DNA from: Microcystis aeruginosa NIES-2549
Lineage (GTDB): Bacteria > Cyanobacteriota > Cyanobacteriia > Cyanobacteriales > Microcystaceae
Assembly (NCBI RefSeq): GCF_000981785.2
Contig: NZ_CP011304.1
Coordinates: 2,640,001-2,672,000 of the forward strand
Direction: 5' to 3'
Length of the DNA stretch: 32,000 nucleotides
The number at the start of each line of letters is the position of its first letter. The stretch's first letter is position 1. The position numbers and the translations under genes are program-made. Positions 18,885 through 26,975 of this stretch are shown piece by piece. The notes below the pieces were generated by a model. It saw only the letters and a program-made list of their open reading frames with translations, did not search any database and was not told where the DNA came from.

Positions 18885-18907
18885 TAAGTAATCATTGATT
18901 TCTCATT

Positions 18908-19252
18908 TCAGGTTCGCATTAGATTATATTCTTCGCGGATTGATGAAGTTAGAGATTCCACTAAGATTAATTTTTCCTCAATTGACAGGTTTTTTCCTTG
19001 TTTAATTAATGTTTGTAAAGTCATTTTTTTTAAATCAAATTCCGGCACAAGTAGAGCCAATTCTTGTGTTTGTTGATTTTGTAAGTCAGTAATTAATTCT
19101 TGTAAAAATAGAGAATCATTACTTAAGTCCGAAATTTCATCTTCATAGTTTTCGAGAGCTTCTATTTGTTGAATACGGTCACTATAATTTTTGAGAAGGG
19201 ATTCGAGAGCTTCGATAATAAATTGGATGTCTTTAAATGATAGAGTTTTCAT
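18908..19252 (-). CDS. Hypothetical acidic helical protein, C-terminus resembling 'putative addiction module component' antitoxins
   Basis: 114 aa. The C-terminal LSIEEKLILVESLTSSI resembles the L..eeR..L...L..SL motif of Unstab_antitox-type antitoxins. No toxin partner is present. Confidence 0.4.
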   Translation of the reverse strand: MKTLSFKDIQFIIEALESLLKNYSDRIQQIEALENYEDEISDLSNDSLFLQELITDLQNQQTQELALLVPEFDLKKMTLQTLIKQGKNLSIEEKLILVESLTSSIREEYNLMRT

Positions 19253-19282
19253 AGTTTACCTCAACTTACTTTTTTAAATCCT

Positions 19283-19432
19283 ATAGTAATCATAGCAATT
19301 ATCGTCGATTGGGTTGACCCAAGTAAACCCAAAAAAAAGATTCAGACGGATTTAGATTTTGGGTGTTGGGTTTCGCTTTTCCTGAGAATTGAGAGGTTTT
19401 CTTTAACATATTTATTCGCTCAAACCAAGCTA
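19283..19432. repeat. Cassette-boundary element, copy F (complete, right terminus degenerate)
   Basis: It aligns with copy E over its whole length and lies 10 nt beyond the hicB stop. Confidence 0.9.
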
Positions 19433-19442
19433 GGGACTGCAC

Positions 19443-19739
19443 CTAGTTTTTTACACACAATTCCTGATGGTTTAAAATAGCTTCTGATACCTCAATGAGC
19501 AGAAAAGCGATCGCATCTTGATGATCCGCGTCGGTTAAAATGGTTTCGAGGGTGCTAGGGGTGGGAATTTCGTCCCCATCTGCCAACATGAAGGAAATAT
19601 GACCTTTTAAGGCTTCAGTTGCCATTTTTTTCGCTTCTTCGATGGTTTCTCCTGCACTAATACAACCCGGAAAGTCATAAAATTGTACCCCATAATCACT
19701 ATGGTTATCTTTATGAACGGTGGCTAAATAAGTAATCAT
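19443..19739 (-). CDS. hicB: HicB-family antitoxin
   Basis: 98 aa. MITYLATVHKD...YGVQFYDFPGCISAGETIEEAKKMATEAL is the HicB N-terminal fold signature. It follows hicA by 11 nt. Confidence 0.85.
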   Translation of the reverse strand: MITYLATVHKDNHSDYGVQFYDFPGCISAGETIEEAKKMATEALKGHISFMLADGDEIPTPSTLETILTDADHQDAIAFLLIEVSEAILNHQELCVKN

Positions 19740-19750
19740 TTATTTCTCCT

Positions 19751-19939
19751 TTATCGTAATTTAATACCAGCTTGTTTTTCGATACTGATTAGGGTTTTAA
19801 GGGGAATATCCTTTTTAGGGTGAGGAACAGTCACTTTCCCTTTTTTATGGGGATGTTTAAAATGATGATGACTTCCTGTTGTACCTACTTGATACCATCC
19901 CTCATCCTTCGGTTTTTTGATAATTTCTCGACTTTCCAT
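19751..19939 (-). CDS. hicA: HicA-family mRNA interferase toxin
   Basis: 62 aa. GWYQVGTTGSHHHFKHPHKKGKVTVPHPKKDIPLKTL matches the HicA core, including the catalytic His context. Confidence 0.85.
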   Translation of the reverse strand: MESREIIKKPKDEGWYQVGTTGSHHHFKHPHKKGKVTVPHPKKDIPLKTLISIEKQAGIKLR

Positions 19940-19956
19940 AATTGATGATTTCTATT

Positions 19957-22900
19957 TCACCCCCCTAATTGTTGTAAAAGTTGCATCACCTTTTCATAAG
20001 TTGCCATATTCTCCTGTTGGCGGAATAATATAGCTGCTTGTTGTAGATCAATTTTTGCTTTTTCGGTTTGTTTTAATTCGGCATATAAAAGACCACGATT
20101 GCCGTAAGCCTCAGCATGATTAGGATTAATGTCAATAGCATTGGTGTAGTCAGCTAAAGCTAATTCATATTTCTGCTGGTTATGGTAAAGAACCCCCCGA
20201 TTGTAGTAAGCATCAGCATCATTAGGATTAATGTCAATAGCTTTGTTGAAGTCAGCTAAAGCTAATTCGTATTTTTGTTGGCGACGGTAAAGAAGTCCCC
20301 GATTGTAGTAAGCATTAGCATAATTAGGATTAAGTTCAATAGCTTTGGTGTAGTCAGCTAAAGCTAAATCGTATTTCTGCTGGTTATGGTAAAGAAGCCC
20401 CCGATTGTAGTAAGCATTAGCCAAATTAGGATTAATTTTAATAGCTTTGTTCCAGTCAGCTAAAGCTAAATCGTATTTTTCTTGGAGACGGTAAAGATTC
20501 CCCCGATTGTTGTAAGCCAGAGCAAAATTAGGATTAATTTCAATAGCTTTGTTGATGTCAGAGAGGGCTAAATCGTATTTCTGCTGGTTATGGTAAAGAC
20601 CCCCCCGATTGTTGTAAGCCAGAGCAAAATTAGGATTAATTTCAATAGCTTTGTTGATGTCAGAGAGGGCTAAATCGTATTTCTGCTGGTTATGGTAAAG
20701 ACCCCCCCGATTGTTGTAAGCATCAGCATCATTAGGATTAATTCTAATAGCTTGGTTGTAGTCAGCTAAAGCTAATTCGTATTTCTGCAAGTTATAGTAA
20801 AGAAGCCCCCGATTGTTGTAAGCCAAAGCAAAATTAGGATTAATGTCAATAGCTTTGCTGTAGTCAGAGAGGGCTAATTCGTATTTCTGCAAGTTATAGT
20901 AAAGAAGCCCCCGATTGTTGTAAGCCAAAGCAAAATTAGGATTAATGTCAATAGCTTTGTTGAAGTCAGCTAAAGCTAATTCGTATTTTTGTTGGTTATA
21001 GTAAAGATTCCCCCGATTGTAATACCAAACAGCACGGGGAGCGAGATAAATTGCCTGAGTAATCGCCGCTAATCCCTCATCATACCATTTTAATTGACTT
21101 AATACTACATATTTCTCGTTATAGTGATTGGGGTTATTGGGAACCAGAGAAATCGCCTGATTAATCACCGTTAATGCTTGCTCATAATTTTCTCTGGCTT
21201 CTCTTTCTGTACCGGCAATTTTTGAGAAGTCACCTAAATAGCGATAAACAACACTTTGCTTTTGTAAAATACTACTGTGAAACTTCTTTAAATCTTCCCC
21301 TTTAGGTAAGGTATTAATCGCTTGTTGCAAAGCTTCTATAGTTGTTTGATATTTACCTAACTCACCTAACGCTAATCCCTTCCCATACCAAGCTAAATAG
21401 ACATTCTTGGGGTCATTTTGCTTAATCGCTTCATCAAAGGCTTTAATTGCTTCCTCATACCTTTCTAACCGCCATAATTGTCCCCCCCTTTCTATCCAAA
21501 TATCCGCCTTCGCATTGGTATTAGGAACAATAACACCAGTAATCGCTTGAATAATTTCTTGTTTTTGTTGCGGACTAACTTGGGGTTGAGCAGTGGTTAA
21601 TAATTGCGGTTTTACCTTCAATCTTTCTTGCAATCCGATAAAAGTGCTAATGGGAATCCCTAAACTAAACCCTAACTGAATTTTCCCTACCCCTGCTGTT
21701 TCCGAACTTCCATGAATCCCTATTACTCTCCCCTGAGAGTCTAAGACTGCACCGCCACTCATGCCCCCAAATGTGATGCTGGTATAAACTAATTCATAGC
21801 CTCCGGTTAAAGAAGCAACACTTTGTAATGTTCCACTTTGTTGAGTGCTTAAAGGACTTTGGCGGGTTAGTAGTAATCCCGTTTCTTTCTCGATAATTCT
21901 ACCGCCACTAAACAACCATTTCGAGGGATTTTGTCCAATTTTAGGGAAGCCTGCCGCAAAAACAAAATCACCGGTATTTGGGTTATAATTCGCTATTTCC
22001 GCAACGGGATAATTGTCCAGGCTTTCAAACTGAAAAACTGCTAAATCTACCCCTTCCTGCCGGATGATGGTGCTTTTCTCGATGTTTCGAGTTTTGCCGT
22101 CGCTGGTGACGACGGTGTAGGTGTAATCAGCACATCTGGTGGTGCCTTTGATTTTTTCGCAGAAGACATGGTCTGCGGTTAAAACCGTGTAAATATTCCC
22201 TTCTTTAGCGATAATTACGCCACTTCCATTGGCAATTACGCCACTTCCATTGGCTTTACTGCTACTATCAATCCGGACGGTGAAACCCTTGGCTTTTGTT
22301 TCTAATTCGGCGATATAGTCAGTAGGGGCGGTGGTTTCTATATCGGGGTTCACCGGCGGTAGGGGTAGGTTATAGGCGCTGAGGATTTCCGGACGGATGT
22401 AGGTTAATAGGGTATTGATGGAAATGCCCCAGTTAACCGCTCTCATCTGTTGGATTTCTGCGTCTGTGGGTTTTGTGCCGTCCTCGTAGATGTAGTTAGA
22501 GAGAATCGGATAGGCCGATCGCCCGTTAATACCGATTAAATCCCGCTCGACAAAAATGCCGCCGCCACTCATTCCCTGCACGATATCGCCACTATAACCG
22601 ACGCTGTAGCCATCCCGGAGGGGTCGATCGCTCACCTGTTCGAGGGTTCCCTTTGTCGTCCGATACTGTCCCGTTTCGGCAACATATCCCGCGGCCACCA
22701 CTTCTAAACCGATCCTGTCTTGATTGATGGTAAACTCCGCGATGGTGGCGATCGGATAATCCCTGGTATCGCTAAACTCCAGCAGAGCGAGATCTTGATT
22801 CTCCGATAGGGAATTGGGGACAATGCGGGCTGCACGGCTGTGGCCGTCGTAAGTTTGTACCTGTAGGGTTTTCGTGTTGCGGGTAACGTGGGCGTTGGTT

Positions 22901-23136
22901 AGGATAAGGTAATTATCGCCTTTTTTAGCGATAATCGTCCCCGATCCCCGATTTGTCTCGCTAGTAATCCGAACGGTGACTCGTTGTAGGAATTGCTCCT
23001 CGGTAAGCTCCCGATCGCCCTGTGCCGTCAGAATGGGATGATTAGAAATATTTCCGGCAGCCGGGGTGACAAGGGTTAACCCGGGTTGAGGCAGTAGGGA
23101 GAAAAGAAGGATGAGGGCGATCGAAGGTTTGATCAT
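19957..23136 (-). CDS. Secreted twin trypsin-like (S1) serine protease fused to a long TPR array (paralog of 10525-13575)
   Basis: 1059 aa with the same two catalytic-triad contexts as the paralog and about 14 TPRs. By eye, the DNA in the protease region is nearly identical to the paralog. Confidence 0.85.
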   Translation of the reverse strand: MIKPSIALILLFSLLPQPGLTLVTPAAGNISNHPILTAQGDRELTEEQFLQRVTVRITSETNRGSGTIIAKKGDNYLILTNAHVTRNTKTLQVQTYDGHSRAARIVPNSLSENQDLALLEFSDTRDYPIATIAEFTINQDRIGLEVVAAGYVAETGQYRTTKGTLEQVSDRPLRDGYSVGYSGDIVQGMSGGGIFVERDLIGINGRSAYPILSNYIYEDGTKPTDAEIQQMRAVNWGISINTLLTYIRPEILSAYNLPLPPVNPDIETTAPTDYIAELETKAKGFTVRIDSSSKANGSGVIANGSGVIIAKEGNIYTVLTADHVFCEKIKGTTRCADYTYTVVTSDGKTRNIEKSTIIRQEGVDLAVFQFESLDNYPVAEIANYNPNTGDFVFAAGFPKIGQNPSKWLFSGGRIIEKETGLLLTRQSPLSTQQSGTLQSVASLTGGYELVYTSITFGGMSGGAVLDSQGRVIGIHGSSETAGVGKIQLGFSLGIPISTFIGLQERLKVKPQLLTTAQPQVSPQQKQEIIQAITGVIVPNTNAKADIWIERGGQLWRLERYEEAIKAFDEAIKQNDPKNVYLAWYGKGLALGELGKYQTTIEALQQAINTLPKGEDLKKFHSSILQKQSVVYRYLGDFSKIAGTEREARENYEQALTVINQAISLVPNNPNHYNEKYVVLSQLKWYDEGLAAITQAIYLAPRAVWYYNRGNLYYNQQKYELALADFNKAIDINPNFALAYNNRGLLYYNLQKYELALSDYSKAIDINPNFALAYNNRGLLYYNLQKYELALADYNQAIRINPNDADAYNNRGGLYHNQQKYDLALSDINKAIEINPNFALAYNNRGGLYHNQQKYDLALSDINKAIEINPNFALAYNNRGNLYRLQEKYDLALADWNKAIKINPNLANAYYNRGLLYHNQQKYDLALADYTKAIELNPNYANAYYNRGLLYRRQQKYELALADFNKAIDINPNDADAYYNRGVLYHNQQKYELALADYTNAIDINPNHAEAYGNRGLLYAELKQTEKAKIDLQQAAILFRQQENMATYEKVMQLLQQLGG

Positions 23137-23149
23137 TGTTGTTACCTAG

Positions 23150-23367
23150 AGTTTGCTGAATAAATGTGAAATGTAGGCAAGGTAAGAGTTTTGTCGTTTT
23201 TCTCGTGAAACAGGTGCAAGATTTTGAGAGAATCGTGCCTCAAAACCTTGCGTCTTCATCAGCCCGGATCCTGTAGGGGCGAAGCATTCGGGCAATAACC
23301 TATCGGTGAAACCGGAGATTTTCTATCCGAATGCTTCGCCCGTACTTTTTCAGCAAGCCTTACCTTG
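23150..23367. mobile_element. Roughly 218-bp MITE (family with agggtttgctgaa-type termini) carrying an internal GC hairpin
   Basis: Termini are agtttgctgaataaa (23150-) and ctttttcagcaagcc (-23359), plus gcaaggtaag/cttaccttgc. An internal perfect hairpin is ggggcgaagcattcgg (23276-23291) / ccgaatgcttcgccc (23327-23341). It fills the gap between the CHAT-CHASE2 stop and the protease-TPR start. Confidence 0.6.
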
Positions 23368-25830
23368 CTATTTTAAGTAGTAAGAACGAAGAAAAAAGAA
23401 GATACCGGAGGTGGTGAGAAGTGCGATCGCTGGGGGAATAATCGGAACCCAGAGACCGAAATAACTAAAGAGAAGCCAACCGATACCAGTAAGGGAAATC
23501 ACAGCGATCGCCACTGTCAAAAGTACCGTTTTTACCCGAAGAAAACGCCACGTTAATAATCCCCCCACCAGGGACCAACCCAACACCCAGAAAGCCTCCT
23601 GTAGGGGATTCCAGAAAGCGATCGAGGTACGTTTTCCTTCCATTGTATCGAGAATTTGACTGACTGCGTGCGCGTGCAAATAAACCCCCGGAATTGCTTC
23701 CGATGGGTTGCGACTAAAGGGGGTTAAAAAATCATCAATCCCGGGTTCTGTTACTCCAATCAGGACAATTTTTTCCCGGACTGATTCGGAATTAAAACCC
23801 GGATCTAAAACCTGTCGGAGAGATTTTTTCGGGGCAATTTTTATGATTGCATCGCTGCCATTATCGGCGATTCGACGGTAAGCGAGCATAACTTGACGGC
23901 CGGATCGGGTATCGGATTGACTGGTTCTATAGGGGCCGCGGTTGGATTGTAGCCAGTCACCGAGATGAGTATCCCCGATATTAATTTCTAGAATTCCCCG
24001 CTCCAGTTTATTGCAGTCAAAATCTTGATTCTGGGATTCTAGATATCGTTTGGCAATTAGGAGACTAAAACTAGGAGCATAATCTTTAAAATTACAGGAC
24101 ATTGAGTCAACTGTGGCCAAAGAATCCGGGGGAAGACAGGGAGAGGTGCGATCGAGTTTTGCCTGATATAAAAAACGACGAATTCGGGGAACTCCGGCAA
24201 TGGTTTCGTCTGGGACTATGTTACTAAAACCACTCTGATTTTTTGGCAGTTCCGGGGGTGGGGGAAATCCGTCCGGTTGCGGGTAATTATTAAACTTACA
24301 AATCGAGATAAAATTAGGAGTATTTTGTAATTGTTTGGCTAGGGGTGGATAATCTTGACTGGCAGCGATGGGACGGAGGATATCTAAGGCGATAATTTGC
24401 GGTTCGTAGGGCAGTAATTTATTTAAAAGCTGCGATAATGCTTCTCCTGCGAGGGAACGTTTTTGATCGCTTCCGGGTATTGTTGGTCTTTTCATACCCA
24501 TGCGATCTTGATATTCCCAATCTTGGCGATCGATGGTAATAATTAATAATCTGTCATCGGGTTTATCTTTGGGTTTTAGTTGCATCAGGCGATCATAAAT
24601 ATTTAATTCTAAGGGTTCTAAAATTCCTGTTTCTCTTATTGCCAAGACTGTCATCGTTACGGCTAAACCTAAACCGAAAGTTAGAGCAAATCTTCGCCAA
24701 TTTTGTTGTTTTTGAGGGGAGTTACTGAAACTATGCCAAGTGGGGGGTTCTTCGGTGGGATTGGGGCAAACTACGGGCAGCCAACTGGCACAGGGATAGT
24801 CTTTTTCCCAATCATCGTGGAGATTTTTTTGGGCTTCATGTACGGCGCTATAGAGAGATTTATTATTGGTAAAAGCGGTTAAAAAGTATTGCAGAAATTT
24901 GGGAGAAACAGGATCGGGTAATTTCTCGCGCATAAAGATTAGATGGGGTAATGCCATCCCTTTTTCCCGTGATAGTTGTTGTGCCAAACCGATACCATCA
25001 CAGGAGTTAAATATCGCTAACTTTAACCCGTTTTTAGTGGCTTCTCCCAGGGAAAAGCTAAAATCAGCTATCTTTAATTTATGAGTTTCTGTTAGTTGAA
25101 TTTCGCAATTTTGACCATCTTCTGTACTGGCACTATGACCGCTAAAAAAGAGAATATTCCAAGTTTCTTGACGCAATAACTGATTTAATTTTTGCGGGTG
25201 AGGGGCTTTTTCCCAGATAATTTCTGCTCCTGCTTTTCCCGCAATATCGTCTAAAGTTTTGCGATCTTCTTCGAGAAATCTTAAGTCGGTGGCATAGCCT
25301 AAAATGGCTAAAATCCGAATTTTTTCATGATTTCTTAATTGTCTGGTTAAGGTATCGTATTCTGAGACAATAATGGCTATATCTGCGCCAGTATTTTGGA
25401 GGATTTCCCATTTTTCCCAGGGGAATCTTTGCAGCCAAATATTATCGGTTTGTAACCAGATACGAAAGTTATTGCCAGAGCGCAGAATTGCGGTTTTGAT
25501 CGGTTCAAATTCTGGGCTATTATTCAACCATCTGTTTAAGTTATCCTCAAATAATTCGGCTTTTTCTTGGCAGTTTTTAAAGACTAAACTCTGCTGAGAA
25601 CTATTGGTAATTTGTTGGGGATTGCTATCTTTTAAGACTTTAAAAAATCCCTCTAGTTCACTATAGTGACGTTGCCATTGACGGTAAAGAGTTAATAACT
25701 CTAAATTAGCTGGTAGCCTTGCTTTGATCACAGTTTGGGGACGAGAATTAAGATCGGGACGAATTTCTAATTTTACTTTAAATCCCCGATCAAATGTGCC
25801 ATCTAGTTCGAGAGTTAGGAGTTTAATCAT
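23368..25830 (-). CDS. Membrane protein: N-terminal CHAT (caspase-like, clan CD) protease domain + TM + periplasmic CHASE2 sensor domain + 3 C-terminal TMs
   Basis: 820 aa. The CHAT dyad contexts are NILFFSGHSAS (His) and LAIFNSCDGIG (Cys). The TM is FALTFGLGLAVTMTVLAI. The CHASE2 N-terminal signature is LELNIYDRLMQLKP...RLLIITIDRQD...QIIALDILRP. Three C-terminal hydrophobic helices follow. Confidence 0.8.
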   Translation of the reverse strand: MIKLLTLELDGTFDRGFKVKLEIRPDLNSRPQTVIKARLPANLELLTLYRQWQRHYSELEGFFKVLKDSNPQQITNSSQQSLVFKNCQEKAELFEDNLNRWLNNSPEFEPIKTAILRSGNNFRIWLQTDNIWLQRFPWEKWEILQNTGADIAIIVSEYDTLTRQLRNHEKIRILAILGYATDLRFLEEDRKTLDDIAGKAGAEIIWEKAPHPQKLNQLLRQETWNILFFSGHSASTEDGQNCEIQLTETHKLKIADFSFSLGEATKNGLKLAIFNSCDGIGLAQQLSREKGMALPHLIFMREKLPDPVSPKFLQYFLTAFTNNKSLYSAVHEAQKNLHDDWEKDYPCASWLPVVCPNPTEEPPTWHSFSNSPQKQQNWRRFALTFGLGLAVTMTVLAIRETGILEPLELNIYDRLMQLKPKDKPDDRLLIITIDRQDWEYQDRMGMKRPTIPGSDQKRSLAGEALSQLLNKLLPYEPQIIALDILRPIAASQDYPPLAKQLQNTPNFISICKFNNYPQPDGFPPPPELPKNQSGFSNIVPDETIAGVPRIRRFLYQAKLDRTSPCLPPDSLATVDSMSCNFKDYAPSFSLLIAKRYLESQNQDFDCNKLERGILEINIGDTHLGDWLQSNRGPYRTSQSDTRSGRQVMLAYRRIADNGSDAIIKIAPKKSLRQVLDPGFNSESVREKIVLIGVTEPGIDDFLTPFSRNPSEAIPGVYLHAHAVSQILDTMEGKRTSIAFWNPLQEAFWVLGWSLVGGLLTWRFLRVKTVLLTVAIAVISLTGIGWLLFSYFGLWVPIIPPAIALLTTSGIFFFLRSYYLK

Positions 25831-25845
25831 TAAGTTTTTCCTCGC

Positions 25846-26973
25846 TTATACTTGTAAATATTCGGTTACTCTTGCCGATTCTAAAGCCACTTCAATAAAG
25901 AATTTATCCCCCAATTCAGCATCAAATCGATAACGAATAAATTCATCGTTATCTGTGGCAATTACTTCTCGAAAAACCTGACCAGTTTCGGTGAGAATAG
26001 TTAATTTTAAATGGGGGGGTAAAGTGCTTGTTTCTCCCGTGGGGTAAACAGTCGCTTGCAGGCTAAATATTTCTTCAATTTTAGCGATAGTAATCATCAA
26101 AGCGAGGGGATTTCCCAGTAATTCTACTCCTAAATCTTTGATGCGTTTAATTTCTGTATTTTTGAATGCTGGAACCAGTGACAGTGAGCTAAAATTGAGG
26201 ATACTTTGCCAATCAATGGGGAAATTATCAGTAAACCAATTGGTTAACTTGACGGGGGATTTTTGCCGACGGGTAATTAAAATTTTTCTCCAGTTACTAT
26301 TGACGATTACTGCTGCCCATTCCTGAAAAGTAACGGCTTTTCTGGGAAAGATTAACTGAGGATTAGCTAAGATGTCTAGTAAGGTTGTCAATCTATCTAA
26401 AGATAGTTTTTCCTCCATCTTTTCCCGTTCAATCTTAACTGGTTGCAATTGATACTCTCCCCATAAATCCAAAGAATCTGATCCTGATTGCAGTTGATTT
26501 CTCGGTAGAGAGTAGTTAAGATTACGCTTAATATATTGTCCTTTTTCCTTAATATCTTTATGGGTAGTACAACCCCAAATTCTCAGATGACTTTCGGCAG
26601 TGTTTACCTGTACAGCTAGATAATAATCACCAATTAATTGAGGAATATCTACCCATTCTTGAGGAATTTCGATCGCTTCTAGATCCAGAGTTTCGCTGGC
26701 AATAAATATTACTGACTTTTCGCCTAATTTAACGGTAAAACCATTAACTCCTAGTTGCCAGAAATCCTCTTGATTTTCTACTAAGCTAACCCCAGGCATC
26801 CCTGACTGTAGATAGTTAAAAATAACTTGTTGACAGAGATAATTAATATAAAATCTCTGACGAATACTGGCATCAGTAAAACTGGCACTTTTTGCCCAAC
26901 TTATCTCTTGAATATCTGCGGGTATTTCTAGCCAAATGCTATCAGGAGTTAGTTCTAACCAATCATTAACCAT
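25846..26973 (-). CDS. DUF1822-like protein (cyanobacterial family of unknown function)
   Basis: About 375 aa from ATG 26973, which has an AGGAGG 7 nt upstream and lies 2 nt after the preceding stop. The N-terminal block SWAKSASFTDASIRQRFYINYLCQQVIFNYLQ resembles the DUF1822 signature as I remember it. The track start at 27024 overlaps the upstream gene. Confidence 0.6.
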   Translation of the reverse strand: MVNDWLELTPDSIWLEIPADIQEISWAKSASFTDASIRQRFYINYLCQQVIFNYLQSGMPGVSLVENQEDFWQLGVNGFTVKLGEKSVIFIASETLDLEAIEIPQEWVDIPQLIGDYYLAVQVNTAESHLRIWGCTTHKDIKEKGQYIKRNLNYSLPRNQLQSGSDSLDLWGEYQLQPVKIEREKMEEKLSLDRLTTLLDILANPQLIFPRKAVTFQEWAAVIVNSNWRKILITRRQKSPVKLTNWFTDNFPIDWQSILNFSSLSLVPAFKNTEIKRIKDLGVELLGNPLALMITIAKIEEIFSLQATVYPTGETSTLPPHLKLTILTETGQVFREVIATDNDEFIRYRFDAELGDKFFIEVALESARVTEYLQV

Positions 26974-26975
26974 AA

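Noticed and set aside
8843-19432. A CRISPR array as an explanation for the repeated elements.
   Set aside because: The repeats are 95-200 bp, are spaced irregularly 0.2-6 kb apart, and the intervening 'spacers' are protein-coding genes. No cas genes are present.
8843-19432. A firm call of a chromosomal integron or attC sites.
   Set aside because: The window has no integrase or attI. The outer repeat has the opposite order (GTTRRRY...RYYYAAC) to canonical attC sites. I cannot run an attC covariance model. I keep this only as one hypothesis in the findings.
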